Shown here in pieces: positions 28,734 to 39,100 of a stretch of 53,902 nucleotides of DNA; within the stretch, counting starts at the first letter, position 1; every line of letters starts with the position of its first letter. The notes under the pieces were generated by a model. The model made no database searches. It was not told the DNA's origin and saw only the letters and a list, made by a program, of their open reading frames with translations. The position numbers and the translations under genes are program-made. The DNA comes from Meiothermus sp. (lineage in GTDB: Bacteria; Deinococcota; Deinococci; Deinococcales; Thermaceae). The stretch lies in assembly GCA_033762915.1 (NCBI GenBank), contig JANRLD010000011.1:1-53902 (forward strand). Reading direction: 5' to 3'.

Positions 28734-29021
28734 TCAGGTGTGCAGCAGGCTGTTTTCACCGCCGTAAGGGTTGGGGCAACAGGCACACCTGGGGTCGTTG
28801 TGCCAATCCAGGCCGTTAACCAAGTAGCGGAACTGGTACTCCCGCCCCGCCTCGAGTTCGGCGCTGGCCTGCCACAGTCCTTCGGCGTTCTGGCGCATGG
28901 GGTGGGTCTGGGGGTTCCAGCCGTTGAAGTCCCCCACCACGCTGGCGCTTTGGGCTTTGGTGCCCTGGGGCAGGGTGAAGACCACGGTCTTGCTGGTGGG
29001 TTTGGTCTGATCCTCAGTCAC
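28734..29021 (-). CDS. Isoamylase early-set / CBM48-like glycogen-binding protein
   Basis: VVFTLP..SVVGDFNGW..PM..G.W...L..GREYQFRYLVNG..W.ND. Confidence 0.85.
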   Translation of the reverse strand: MTEDQTKPTSKTVVFTLPQGTKAQSASVVGDFNGWNPQTHPMRQNAEGLWQASAELEAGREYQFRYLVNGLDWHNDPRCACCPNPYGGENSLLHT

Positions 29022-29023
29022 TT

Positions 29024-29335
29024 TTAATCACCTCCACTGTCTTCGACGGCCTCCGGGTTGCCCTGCCCGCCCTCGAGCGGACGCAGGCTGAGCAACTGCA
29101 TGATCTGATCCGCAGTCCGGCCCGGGTCGGCCTTTTGGGCCTGCGCGAGGTAGGTGTGCAGGCCGTCGCGAATAACCGCCCTATCGATCTGCCGCAGACT
29201 CCCGCGCAGCGCCCGCAGTTGGATGTTCAACTCCTCGTGGGCGGCTTCCTTCTCCACCATCCGCCTTACTGCTGCCAGGTGACCCTGTACACCGTCCAAC
29301 CGAAGCAGAATCTGGTCTTTGGTTTTTCCGTCCAT
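29024..29335 (-). CDS. CsoR/RcnR-family regulator, metal ligands degenerate
   Basis: ILLRLDGVQGHLAAVRRMVE..QLRALRGSL fold signature; contains no Cys. Confidence 0.75.
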   Translation of the reverse strand: MDGKTKDQILLRLDGVQGHLAAVRRMVEKEAAHEELNIQLRALRGSLRQIDRAVIRDGLHTYLAQAQKADPGRTADQIMQLLSLRPLEGGQGNPEAVEDSGGD

Positions 29336-29448
29336 CGCCCTCCCTGTCTTGGGGCACAGTAGCCGGTGGCCGTTTCCACAGCGTTTCCAGTATTCACCCC
29401 TTGGCGACCCAAGTCCCCAAGGTGGCCGCAGCCGAGGTCGCAAAGCGG

Positions 29449-30312
29449 TCAGCTAACGTCTCCCTCGCCGCCCTCCGGCCAAAGTTGGCAAGCCCCGCTC
29501 AGGGTCAGGGGGCAGTCGATGCCATGGGGGCGTTGCTCTGGGGGCCGGCACAGTACCGCTTCGCCGCCGCGAATCCGCTCCGCCAGGTCGCGGGTCTCCT
29601 CCAGCGGGCGATCACCCAGGTGCGCTTGCAGGAAGTGAATGAGGCGTCGGTAGTGCTCTATAGCCGCGTACACGCCCTCACTCTGGGCCAGACAGCGCAT
29701 CAGCCACTGGTGGTAGTCCTCCCCCAGGTAGGGGTCTTGGCGCAGGGCCTGCATCAGGGCCTGCGCCATCTGGTCACACGACCCGCCCGCCTCGGCCCGG
29801 CACAGCTCGAGCGCCAGCCCCACCGCAGCCTGCACGTAGAGTTGCTGGTAGACCTGGCGGGCCTCGTACACCCACTCGGCCTGTTCACCCCCCATGAACT
29901 CCGCGTATAGCCCGAGCGCCCGGCGGTAGGGGGCCACACGAGTCGGCCCCGCCTCGGCCCTGCGGGCCTCGCCCAAGGCGGCGTGGAAGGCGAACACGTC
30001 CGAAGACTCTAGCACCGCCCGGCTGAGGCTTAGCTGCTCCCGCTCAACGTCCAGCAGCACCGCCTGCGGCCCGCCCAGCACCGCCCGCAGGCGGTGCAAG
30101 ATCAGCCGCAGCCGGGCGAAGCTGGACGCGGAAGGCTCGAGTTGCCACAGCGTGGAGAGAACAACCTCGCGGTGGCGGCCTTCAGGGTGGGCGAGCAGAA
30201 AGAACAGCAGATCCCTGACCGAGCGCGAACGCCAGCGCACCGGAATACCGCCCACCCGAACCTCTGCCCTGCCGAAGGCTTGGATCTCCAGGGGTGGCGG
30301 GTGGGCTAACAT
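29449..30312 (-). CDS. SARP/BTAD family transcriptional regulator
   Basis: IQAFG..V.W.SRS.RDLLFFLL..HREVV..LW wHTH; DV.AF, ALGLY, DPYLGEDYHQWLMRC BTAD. Confidence 0.82.
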   Translation of the reverse strand: MLAHPPPLEIQAFGRAEVRVGGIPVRWRSRSVRDLLFFLLAHPEGRHREVVLSTLWQLEPSASSFARLRLILHRLRAVLGGPQAVLLDVEREQLSLSRAVLESSDVFAFHAALGEARRAEAGPTRVAPYRRALGLYAEFMGGEQAEWVYEARQVYQQLYVQAAVGLALELCRAEAGGSCDQMAQALMQALRQDPYLGEDYHQWLMRCLAQSEGVYAAIEHYRRLIHFLQAHLGDRPLEETRDLAERIRGGEAVLCRPPEQRPHGIDCPLTLSGACQLWPEGGEGDVS

Positions 30313-30325
30313 GACCGACCCCACC

Positions 30326-30952
30326 TCATCCGGGGCCAACCTTCCCCGTGAAATCGCCCGCCACCACCAACTGCCCACCCGCCAAGCGCAGCGGCAACTG
30401 CGGCAGCGGCCTGGGTGGAGGCCCCCCCACCACGCGGGCAGCATTCCTAGGGTCGTACAGACCGCCGTGGCAGGGGCAGCGCATGACCTGGGCGGCGGCC
30501 TCCCACTGGCTTACCGTGCAGCCCAGGTGGGTGCAGACCGCCGAGTAGGCCACCACCCCCTCGACCGCGTACCTACGGGTCTCCTCCGCGAGTTCCTCGG
30601 GTCGGAACCGGGTCAGCTTGAGGTAGTTGGCGGTGGCCTCGTTCTTGACCACGCCGGTCTGGGGGTGCATCGGGTAGGCCAACATCGGCGGCCCGCCGAC
30701 CGACAGGTCGTCGGGGGTGAGGGGGACTCCCGGCCCCGCGCGTTCCGCCGAGGTGAGCAGATCCCCGACCTTGATCGGTTCGTTTTTCGGGGTGAGGACT
30801 TTTCGGGGGATCAGCCCTGCGCCCACGTACAAGGTGGAAAGGGCGGTCACCCCGACTGCCACCCCAATGCCTGCCTGGAGTACCGCCCGCCGCTGGCGAT
30901 GCAATTGTTCCTCGCGCCCCGGTTCGTCGTGGCTCAGTTCCTCCGACATCAT
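30326..30952 (-). CDS. Rieske [2Fe-2S] protein (bc-complex type, Tat signal)
   Basis: QRRAVL twin-Arg, YSAVCTHLGC, CPCHGGLYDP, GGPPPRPLP. Confidence 0.92.
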   Translation of the reverse strand: MMSEELSHDEPGREEQLHRQRRAVLQAGIGVAVGVTALSTLYVGAGLIPRKVLTPKNEPIKVGDLLTSAERAGPGVPLTPDDLSVGGPPMLAYPMHPQTGVVKNEATANYLKLTRFRPEELAEETRRYAVEGVVAYSAVCTHLGCTVSQWEAAAQVMRCPCHGGLYDPRNAARVVGGPPPRPLPQLPLRLAGGQLVVAGDFTGKVGPG

Positions 30953-31239
30953 TCACCTCCTCCCAGGGCGCGCGCCCTGGTCGGCTCCCGCAGGCCCAGC
31001 ACCGCGCTGACCTCCTCCAACACCTCTTCGGGCAGCCGCTGGCGCTTGGCCAGGCAGCGCGACAGGGCCTGGCGCACCAGCAATTCCTCGATGCCGAGCA
31101 GGGCGCTGCGGACGGCCCGCACCTGGCGGATGGTCTCCAGCGGCGCGGCCTCCCGGCTCACCATCCGCTGGATCGCTGCCAGATGGCCCTGAGTGGTGGC
31201 GAGTCGGCTCAAAATTTGTTCGCGTGGCCCTTGCGGCAT
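30949..31239 (-). CDS. CsoR/RcnR-family regulator, metal ligands degenerate
   Basis: ILSRLATTQGHLAAIQRMV..QVRAVRSAL; only the last Cys is retained. Confidence 0.75.
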   Translation of the reverse strand: MPQGPREQILSRLATTQGHLAAIQRMVSREAAPLETIRQVRAVRSALLGIEELLVRQALSRCLAKRQRLPEEVLEEVSAVLGLREPTRARALGGGE

Positions 31240-31249
31240 GGCTCCCTCC

Positions 31250-31645
31250 TTAGCCCCAGGCCCCCTGCGGCTCGAGGGGCGCGGGGTTGGGCCAGTGCCA
31301 CCGCACCGAGTCCCCGTCAATTTCCAAGGTTTCTTCGGCAGGGCGCACTCCAGTCACTTCGGCCTCGTAGCAGTGCGACGGGGCGGCGCGGCGCAGCGCC
31401 GCCACCAGTTGAGGGGGGGTCAGTCGGGCAGCGTCATAGGCCACCAGGACGGTTTTCTCCCAGCGAAACACCTTTACCAGGCTCACCGCGTCCAGGGCCA
31501 GCAGCGCGTTATGGACGCGGGCCTCGCAGTTGGCGCAGCCGATGCCCTGCACCGCTAGCCGGGCGGTGCTGGCGCTACGCACAGCTTTCGGGTCGAACGG
31601 CTTCTGGTCTTGCTGTAGGTGCTCAAGGGGTTCGTTGTGTCTCAT
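31250..31645 (-). CDS. HMA domain copper chaperone (CopZ-like)
   Basis: LAVQGIGCANCEARVHNALL. Confidence 0.8.
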   Translation of the reverse strand: MRHNEPLEHLQQDQKPFDPKAVRSASTARLAVQGIGCANCEARVHNALLALDAVSLVKVFRWEKTVLVAYDAARLTPPQLVAALRRAAPSHCYEAEVTGVRPAEETLEIDGDSVRWHWPNPAPLEPQGAWG

Positions 31646-31676
31646 GGCAGTTCCTTTCGCCCGGTGCCCTTGGTGT

Positions 31677-32042
31677 TTAAGTCACCACCACCTTGCCGCG
31701 CAGCATCCCCATCTGGCACTGGAAGGGGATTTCGCCCGCTTCGCTGGGGGTGAACTCTAGGGCCACGCTCTGGCCCTCGGGCAGTCGGGCCGACTGGCCC
31801 AGCTTGTCGAAGACCACCACCTCGCTGCACAGCGCCGATTCCTGGCGGGTGAAGTGCAGCCGCACCGGTTTGCCCTTTTTCACCACGATGGTGTCGGGGT
31901 CGTAACCGCCCTTGACGGTGATGTTGATCTCCTGCACGCCACCCGCCTCGGCCACCTGCACGCCCTCCTTGCGGTAGAGGAAGAAGTACCAAACGATCAG
32001 CGCGATCAGGGCCAGCCCGATCAGGTTTACCAATAACGTCAT
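31677..32042 (-). CDS. Cupredoxin domain protein (CupA-like)
   Basis: TM, ITVKGGYDPD.I.VKKG.PVRL.F.R.E...CSE, F.CQMGMLRG. Confidence 0.88.
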   Translation of the reverse strand: MTLLVNLIGLALIALIVWYFFLYRKEGVQVAEAGGVQEINITVKGGYDPDTIVVKKGKPVRLHFTRQESALCSEVVVFDKLGQSARLPEGQSVALEFTPSEAGEIPFQCQMGMLRGKVVVT

Positions 32043-32051
32043 AGCATCCTC

Positions 32052-34577
32052 CTATAAAGCCCGTGTAAAGCTGCGGGCCTTGAAGAAGCGCAGCCGGTTG
32101 GCGTTGGTCACCACGGTCACGCTCGAGATGGCCATCGCGGCCCCGGCCAGGATGGGGGAGAGCAGCAGGCCGAAGAAGGGGAACAGCACCCCGGCGGCCA
32201 CCGGTATGCCCAGCACGTTGTAGATGAAGGCCCCGAAAAGGCTCTGCTTGGCGTTGTTCATGGTGGCCTTGGAGACCTCGATGGCGAAGGCCACCCCCTT
32301 GAGGCTGCCCGACATCAGGGTCACGGCGGCGGCCTCGATGGCCACGTCGGTGCCGGTGCCGATGGCGAAGCCCACGTCGGCCTCGACCAAGGCGGGCGCG
32401 TCGTTGATGCCGTCGCCCACCATCCCCACCTTCTGGCCCTTGCCCATTCGCGCCTTGAGGGCGTGTACCTGGTTGGCCTTGTCCTCCGGCAGCACCTCGG
32501 CCAGCACCGTGTCGATGCCCACCTGGCGGGCGATGGAGCGGGCGGTGCGCTCGTTGTCGCCGGTCAGCATCACCACCTCCAGGCCCAACTCCTTCATGGC
32601 CCGGATGGCCTCGAGGGAGTCCTCCTTGAGGGTGTCTGCCACCGCCACCACGCCCGCCGCCTGACCGTCCACCGCCACGTACATGGCGGTCTTGCCTTCG
32701 CGCTGAAGGCCCTCCACCGTGCTTTGTAGGCTGGGGGTTTCCACCCCCTCGCGCTCCATCAGCTTGCGGTTGCCCACCAGCACCCGTCTGCCCTCGACAA
32801 CGGTATCCACCCCGTGGCCGGGGACGGCCACGAAGGCGCTGGGTTCGGCGGGTTCCAGGCCCCTGGCCTGCGCCCCCTTGACGATGGCCTGGGCCAGCGG
32901 GTGTTCGGAGGGGCGGTCGGCGATGGCCGCCAGGCGCAGCAGGGTCGGCTGGTCAAAGCCGGGTGCGGGAACCGCGTCGGTGAGTTCGGGTTTGCCTTTG
33001 GTGATGGTTCCGGTTTTGTCCAGCACCACCGTCTTGAGCTGGGCCGCGTATTGCAGGGCCAGGCCGTTGCGGATCAGCACCCCATGCTCGGCGGCCTTGC
33101 CCAACCCTGCCACTAGGCTCATCGGCACCGCCATCCCCACCGCGCAGGGGCAGGCGATGATCAGCACCGTCACCGCCGTGACCACCGCGAAGGCCAGGGC
33201 CGGGCTAGGGCCGAAGTTGAACCAGGCCAGGAAGGTCAGAACCGAGAGGATCATCACCACCGGCACGAAGACGCTGCTGACCACGTCCACCATGCGGGCG
33301 ATGGGGGCTTTGGAGCCCATCGCGTCTTGCACCATTTTGACGATCTGGGCTAGGGCGGTGTCCTTGCCGACCTTGGTGGCCTTGAACTTGAAGGCCCCGG
33401 TGGTGTTAACCGTGGCCCCGATCACTTCGTCGCCGGGACTCTTATCCACCGGGAGGCTCTCTCCGGTGACCATGCTCTCGTCAACCGCCGACTGTCCCTC
33501 CGTCAGCATCCCGTCCACCGGGATTTTCTCGCCGGGGCGCACCACCACGGTATCGCCCACCTCGACCTCCTCCACCGGGACTTCAAACTCGCGCCCCTGG
33601 CGCAGCACCCTTGCGGTCTTGGCCTGCAAGCCGATCAGCTTCTTGATGGCCTGGCTGGCCTGCCCCTTGGCCCGCACCTCCAAAGCCTGCCCCAGCACTA
33701 CCAATGCGGTGACCACGGCCGTCACGTCATAGAAGGGTTCGGCGGTGCCTTGGGGGAATAGCCGGGGGAAAATAAGGGCGACGGTCGAGTAGATCCAGGC
33801 AGCGCTGGTGCCCAGTGCGATCAGGGTGTTCATGTCGGCGCTGCGGTGGCGCAGGGCTGTCCAGGCCCCGGTGAAGAACTGTCGCCCGGAGTAGAACATC
33901 ACCGGCAGGGTGACCACCCCCGAGAGTGCCCACAGCCACCACACCACCCCCTCGGCCACCGGGTTGGCGAAGAGGTAGGGGGCGTACAGGAACGGCAAGT
34001 TGGGGTAGGCCACCAGCAGGGTTGGAACCGAGACGGCGGCGGCGAGCCAGAACTTGGCCATCAGGCTCTTGTACTCCCGCTGGTGGGAGGCCGCCTCACG
34101 GTCGGGGGCGGGGGGCTGTTCGAGCGGGTGGGCGGTCTGGTAGCCGGTGGACTCCACCGCCGTCTGGATGGCGCGAAAGTCTGCGCTGCCGGGAAGGTAG
34201 GTGACGTTGGCGACCGCTGTGGCCGGGTTGAGGCTCACCCCCAGCACCCCCGGAACGGCCCGCAGGGCCTGCTCGATACGGCTCACGCAACTCGCGCAGT
34301 GCATGCCCTCGATGTGGGCCCGCAGACTGGCCCGGCCTACCGGGTGCCCCAGTCGCTCGACGGCCTCTACCAAGTCTGCCGGGGTGACCACCCCGCGTTC
34401 ATACCTGAGGTGGGCCTCTTTTCGGGCATCGTTGACGTGAACCTCGAGGACTCCGGGCAGCCGCCGGAGTCCCTCTGAGAGGGCTCGAGGCCCTTCTGAA
34501 CTCTCCACGCGGGTGAGCGGCAGCACGAGGAAACCTTCGGTTTCCTCGTGGCTTAAGCGGGCAAGATTCTCATCCAT
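32052..34577 (-). CDS. copA: Cu(I)-translocating P1B-type ATPase
   Basis: [38 protein letters not shown] and MAISS TM ligands; GGAGG RBS before the ATG at 34577. Confidence 0.93.
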   Translation of the reverse strand: MDENLARLSHEETEGFLVLPLTRVESSEGPRALSEGLRRLPGVLEVHVNDARKEAHLRYERGVVTPADLVEAVERLGHPVGRASLRAHIEGMHCASCVSRIEQALRAVPGVLGVSLNPATAVANVTYLPGSADFRAIQTAVESTGYQTAHPLEQPPAPDREAASHQREYKSLMAKFWLAAAVSVPTLLVAYPNLPFLYAPYLFANPVAEGVVWWLWALSGVVTLPVMFYSGRQFFTGAWTALRHRSADMNTLIALGTSAAWIYSTVALIFPRLFPQGTAEPFYDVTAVVTALVVLGQALEVRAKGQASQAIKKLIGLQAKTARVLRQGREFEVPVEEVEVGDTVVVRPGEKIPVDGMLTEGQSAVDESMVTGESLPVDKSPGDEVIGATVNTTGAFKFKATKVGKDTALAQIVKMVQDAMGSKAPIARMVDVVSSVFVPVVMILSVLTFLAWFNFGPSPALAFAVVTAVTVLIIACPCAVGMAVPMSLVAGLGKAAEHGVLIRNGLALQYAAQLKTVVLDKTGTITKGKPELTDAVPAPGFDQPTLLRLAAIADRPSEHPLAQAIVKGAQARGLEPAEPSAFVAVPGHGVDTVVEGRRVLVGNRKLMEREGVETPSLQSTVEGLQREGKTAMYVAVDGQAAGVVAVADTLKEDSLEAIRAMKELGLEVVMLTGDNERTARSIARQVGIDTVLAEVLPEDKANQVHALKARMGKGQKVGMVGDGINDAPALVEADVGFAIGTGTDVAIEAAAVTLMSGSLKGVAFAIEVSKATMNNAKQSLFGAFIYNVLGIPVAAGVLFPFFGLLLSPILAGAAMAISSVTVVTNANRLRFFKARSFTRAL

Positions 34578-34598
34578 GACTGCCTCCTGTGATAACAA

Positions 34599-34626
34599 TA
34601 TACCCACCCCACCTGGGGTGGGTATA
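34599..34626. promoter_or_regulatory. CsoR-type palindromic operator, copy 4 (copA promoter)
   Basis: TATACCCACCCCA-CC-TGGGGTGGGTATA, a perfect 13-bp inverted repeat 22 nt upstream of copA. Confidence 0.8.
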
Positions 34627-34879
34627 GGACAGATGGCCCGACTGGCTACTGCTCGACTAGACAGCGTACACATGAAAGGGGGTTGGGGATGACCTCAGAT
34701 ACGCCAGAGCCAATAGGAGATAAACATTTCCCGAACCTATTTATCGTGAAACACATCACATATAACTAGTGAAGGAACTTGGTTTTTCTTCCCAACCTCG
34801 GAGTCCTTGCGTGTTGTTGCTTGACCGAATCGCCATGAGTCCTTGACTCCTACCCCCCACCCCATTATAGAGTTTAGAT

Positions 34880-35182
34880 ATGCGTATGAGCCTCGCATCC
34901 CTCCGCGTCGTGCGGGCCATGCTGGCCGACCCGTCGGCCCAGAGGTACGGGTTGGAGCTTACCCGTGAGACCGGGGTGCAGGCGGGCACCCTTTATCCGA
35001 TTTTGACCCGCCTCGAGAAAGCGGGTTGGCTCGAGGGCGGATGGGAAGACATCGACGAAAAACTCCTCGGGCGACGCGCCCGGCGCTACTACAAGCTCAC
35101 CGCCCTGGGCCTGCGCGAGGCCCGTAGGGCGCTGACGCGCGAGGGCATGGTGGTCGGAGCGCCGGGGGTGCTGCATGGCTGA
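34880..35182 (+). CDS. PadR family transcriptional regulator
   Basis: YGLEL..GTLYPILTRLEKAGWL..RRYYKLT.LG; TTGACT-17-TATAGA promoter at 34843-34871. Confidence 0.9.
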   Translation: MRMSLASLRVVRAMLADPSAQRYGLELTRETGVQAGTLYPILTRLEKAGWLEGGWEDIDEKLLGRRARRYYKLTALGLREARRALTREGMVVGAPGVLHG

Positions 35183-36050
35183 GTTCTTGGCCCTGTTGGG
35201 TGCCCTTGCGCTCAGCCTGGCGGCAAACGAGCTATCCGAGACCGCGCCCTGGCTGGCCGAGAGAATCGTATCCTGGTGCTCTGGGCGGCTGCCCGCCCAT
35301 GACCAGGAGCGCTACAGGAGGGAACACCGCGCAAACCTGGATGCCATTCCGGGTAAGGTGAGCAAGTTGATGTTCGCGCTGCGACTCCTGCTGGGGCTGC
35401 CCGCACAGCAGGCGGCGTACCTGGGCATACCCACCAGAACCCTACTGCTTCAGGGGGTCGTGCAGTTCTACGACCGATTCCTGGCGTGGCGCTTGCCGTC
35501 CGGCTACCGCCAGTGGCTTCCGGTCGGGGCGGCCCCTGCACTGCTTTGGCTGTTCGCCGCAGGGGCCACACGCTCGGGCCTTGACGTACCGCCCTGGCCC
35601 GTGACGGCGGCGATCATCGGGCCGTTCACACTGCTGCTGATTGCGATCCTCCTCAACTGCGTGGGGCGCTTGGTCGGCCTGGTGCTACGGCTACCGGACG
35701 ACAAGGCCGGGGCACTCACCAGCGGCGCTTGGAGCCTTTCACGGGTCGGGGTCGGGCTGTGGCTGGCCGTGTCGACGACCTGGACTCTGGGGGGTCTGTT
35801 GTTCTTCCACCCGCCAGAGCAGTGGGCGGGGTATATCGGGAGCAGCCTGCCCACCATGCTGCTCTCCTTGGGGCTGGCCTTCGTCCTGCAATCGTGCGCC
35901 GGGTGGCACATGCCCGAGCATCACCCGTCCTGGCGAATTCGGCAAAGCCGGGGAGTCCGCATCGTGACCACAGCGGGCGCGGTGGTGCTCCTGGGATTCG
36001 TTCTGTGGACGCTCCTCTACAGCTTGGTCAGGGTTGCTTGGGCTACGTGA
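35175..36050 (+). CDS. Multi-pass membrane protein coupled to PadR
   Basis: Overlaps the padR stop; LP..QERYRRE..A.L N-terminal motif followed by about 5 TM helices. Confidence 0.7.
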   Translation: MAEFLALLGALALSLAANELSETAPWLAERIVSWCSGRLPAHDQERYRREHRANLDAIPGKVSKLMFALRLLLGLPAQQAAYLGIPTRTLLLQGVVQFYDRFLAWRLPSGYRQWLPVGAAPALLWLFAAGATRSGLDVPPWPVTAAIIGPFTLLLIAILLNCVGRLVGLVLRLPDDKAGALTSGAWSLSRVGVGLWLAVSTTWTLGGLLFFHPPEQWAGYIGSSLPTMLLSLGLAFVLQSCAGWHMPEHHPSWRIRQSRGVRIVTTAGAVVLLGFVLWTLLYSLVRVAWAT

Positions 36051-36174
36051 GCGGTTGTAGCGGTTGTAACAGCGGTTAACGAACCGAGTTGCGGGTCGCA
36101 GGCGGTTTTCGACCCGGTTTTGTCCAAACCCGACCGCAGGAGGAACAGCCCCCAAATATCATGGTCGTAACCCA

Positions 36175-39100
36175 ATGGCGAGAAACTTGCGAAAACATTC
36201 AGAATTATCCAAACTGCGAAATCTGGCCCGCGGCTACGCCCGAACACCGGATAAGGCCCGCGTCAAGCTCGGCTCGAGCGCCCGACTGGCCCTATCCGCC
36301 GATCAGTACGGCCCCTACCTCAAGTGGCTGGGGGCGAGCTGGCCGCAGCACCGCAAGCTGCTGGAGTCGTTGGGATCACCCGTGCTCGTGGGTGACTACG
36401 GCCTCTTACAACTCTTCAAAGAGTACGAGCCGCTGCCGCTGGAGGCCGAGGTCGCCTGGCAGAGCGCCCTACTGGCGGGAAGCATCGCGGCCCTGCGGGA
36501 CTTCCGCGCCCTGGCATCCGGCTTCGCCCAAGCCGTCCTGCTGGGCGCAGCCGCCGAGGCGAAGGCGCTGCTGGACGAGATCGAGGAACGGTTCGGGGTG
36601 TCGTGTTGGCTGATCGAGAACCGCATCGCGCTGCTGGAGACCACGGCGGGCACCGAGGAGAGTCGGGCCTTCGTCAACCGGGTCAATAGCGAGACCCCCG
36701 ACAGCTTCGCGTCACTGTTGGCGGCGGCGATCAGCGAACGCAACGAGCCCACAGTCTCCCTCGGGCGGTTCTCTGCCAGAAAGGAGAGTGAGTTCAGGTC
36801 GCCCCAACTCCCCGGCGAGCTGAGCACCTACCTGATGTACAAGACGACGGGGAGCCTGCCCAGCGGGCTGGGCGACCTCTCCGACCTCCTGCGCCTAGAG
36901 AGTACGGTCAGCCTGATTGACACCTATGAGACCCTGGTGCAGATCGCGGTTCACCTGTACGCCAGGCTCGGGGCCGGTAGCTACGTGGACAGGCTACTGC
37001 CCCACATCAACGCGCTTGCCGCAGTGGGCGACTTTCGCCTGCATAAGCTGCTTTATCTCGTGCAAAGCGACGTTACCGCCCTAGCGCAGCTTCCGTCGCA
37101 CGACCCCAGCGCCGACGATCTCCTGGCCGAGGGCCGCTTCGCTGAGGCCGCCGAGTTGTCGCTACAACTGATCGCCCGCTTCCCGTCGGACAGTGGTCAT
37201 CTGCTTACCCAGGCCAGGGCGCTCGCGCTGGGTGGTTCGGCCCAGCCCACAGGCTCTAGCCTGTGGGCAACCTTGGCCACGGCTGTGACCAGGGTGTTCA
37301 GCGCCGGAGAGCAGTATGTAAGCGCCCTCCAAGACCTGCGAAAGACCGCCGTGAATTTCCGCGCCCTGCCACAGTGTTTGGCCTTGTGGGGCCTCGCGGG
37401 TTTCGAGCAGGAACTGGACGCGCTCGAGGTGCAGCGGCTGGCCCGCTATACCGCCCTCTCGCGCCCTGAATTCGGCGCGTCCGATGCCTGCGCCCTGCCG
37501 GGTGACTCGAGGCCCCACCACCTCGATGCCTGCCGCGCCCGCTATCCCGGCTCCGGCTCCGTGCGGCTGGAGGGCCTGCGGGCTGGACTCGAGGAAGACC
37601 CCGCCGGGATCGAGGCCGGGCTGTTGCACCAGGCCGTGACCCACTCATTCCTGTTGCGCCGCGACACGGAGGCCGCCATCATCAGCCTGACCCCGCAGAT
37701 GGCATCCCAGCACCCGGCCATCCGGCGGAATGCGGCCAAGGTAGCCCTGGTCGGCTTGAGCGAGCAGGGCCGGCTGGGGGAGGCGCTGGAGCTGATCGCC
37801 CGTACCAGCACCCGAGAACCCCACATGGTTCGCGTCTTGCCCATACAGCACGTCTTTCACCAACACCCCTGGGATCTGCTTTCGCCGCATACGGGCAGCC
37901 TTGCCCTGCCGGTCTGTGTCAGCTTGTTGATGGAACTCGAGGACCAGTCCGAGCACAAGCGCAACCTGCGCAGAACCTGGCACGACTTCCTGCTCCAGTG
38001 CGGGCTGACACGCCCCTCGGAACTGTTTGCCCAGGCGGATCAGCACGACCGGGGGCTGCTGATCCACTATCTTTGGCACGTCTCGACCGCCGCGATCATG
38101 AGCGTGAGCCCCGATTTTGACAGCGGGCGGGAGATCCGCGAGGAGCGCATCCGCGTCTGCTCGGGGCTGATCGAACTCGATCCGGGCAATGCCAGCCGCT
38201 ACAAGACCGAAATCCTCCGGGTCACCAAAGAGCTGAAAGTCTTCGAGGGGCTACGCCACCTGGAGAACACCCGTGTCTACATCGATGTGGAGTCGCTAAA
38301 GCCTTGGGCCAAGCGTGAACTCGGCGAGTTGTTCGAGCGCTACGCCCGATTGGCCGAGATCGAGGTTGACCTCCCCAAAGTAAGCGTCACAACCGCTTTG
38401 GCGCAGTTCGTCGTGGAGGGGAAGCCGCTCGCAGAAAGCCTGAGCGTTGTGGAAGACACCGAGGCGAACCGGGTTTTGGGGCAAATACTCTCCAGCCTCA
38501 GGCAGCAACTCCTGTTTCATCCCCGCCACGGCCTAGAGTTTTATCTCAGCAGCAGGGTTCGCCACGGCGTGATCGGGGGCCGTCTGCGGGCACCGATGCA
38601 GAGCCGAGACCTGCTGACTACCCGAGATGAAGGGTCTCAACGCTATAGCCTTGACTCTCCGTGGATAGAGCGGATCGAGCACACCTCCCCGGAGCAGCGG
38701 CAGGCGGTGGGGGAGGCTTTTGCGACCTTTTCCGACCGCTACAACGCCGAGATCAATCAACTGGTAAAAGCCAAGCTGCACGTCAGAAGCGCCGGACATC
38801 CAGAGGGGCTGATCGACATGACCTGGCAAAACAACCCCCTGTTGTTCAACTTGATCGGGGAGAAGCTGCGCAAGATCGAGACGTTCAACGAGTTCTACGA
38901 GTTGGCCACGGGCTACTCGTCATTCAGCATCGGCCCCAGCCTCGAGGCGGTTCAGCGAACCCTGCGGGAGGAGGTCAAGCCAAGGCTTCTGGAGGCGATT
39001 CAGCACCTCGAAAGCCAGCTCTTTTCCTGCCTGCGCCCCGAGCAGTACGGCGAGCTGCGGGCGGCCCTGCGCTCGGCCTCGACGGAGTTGCAAGACACCG

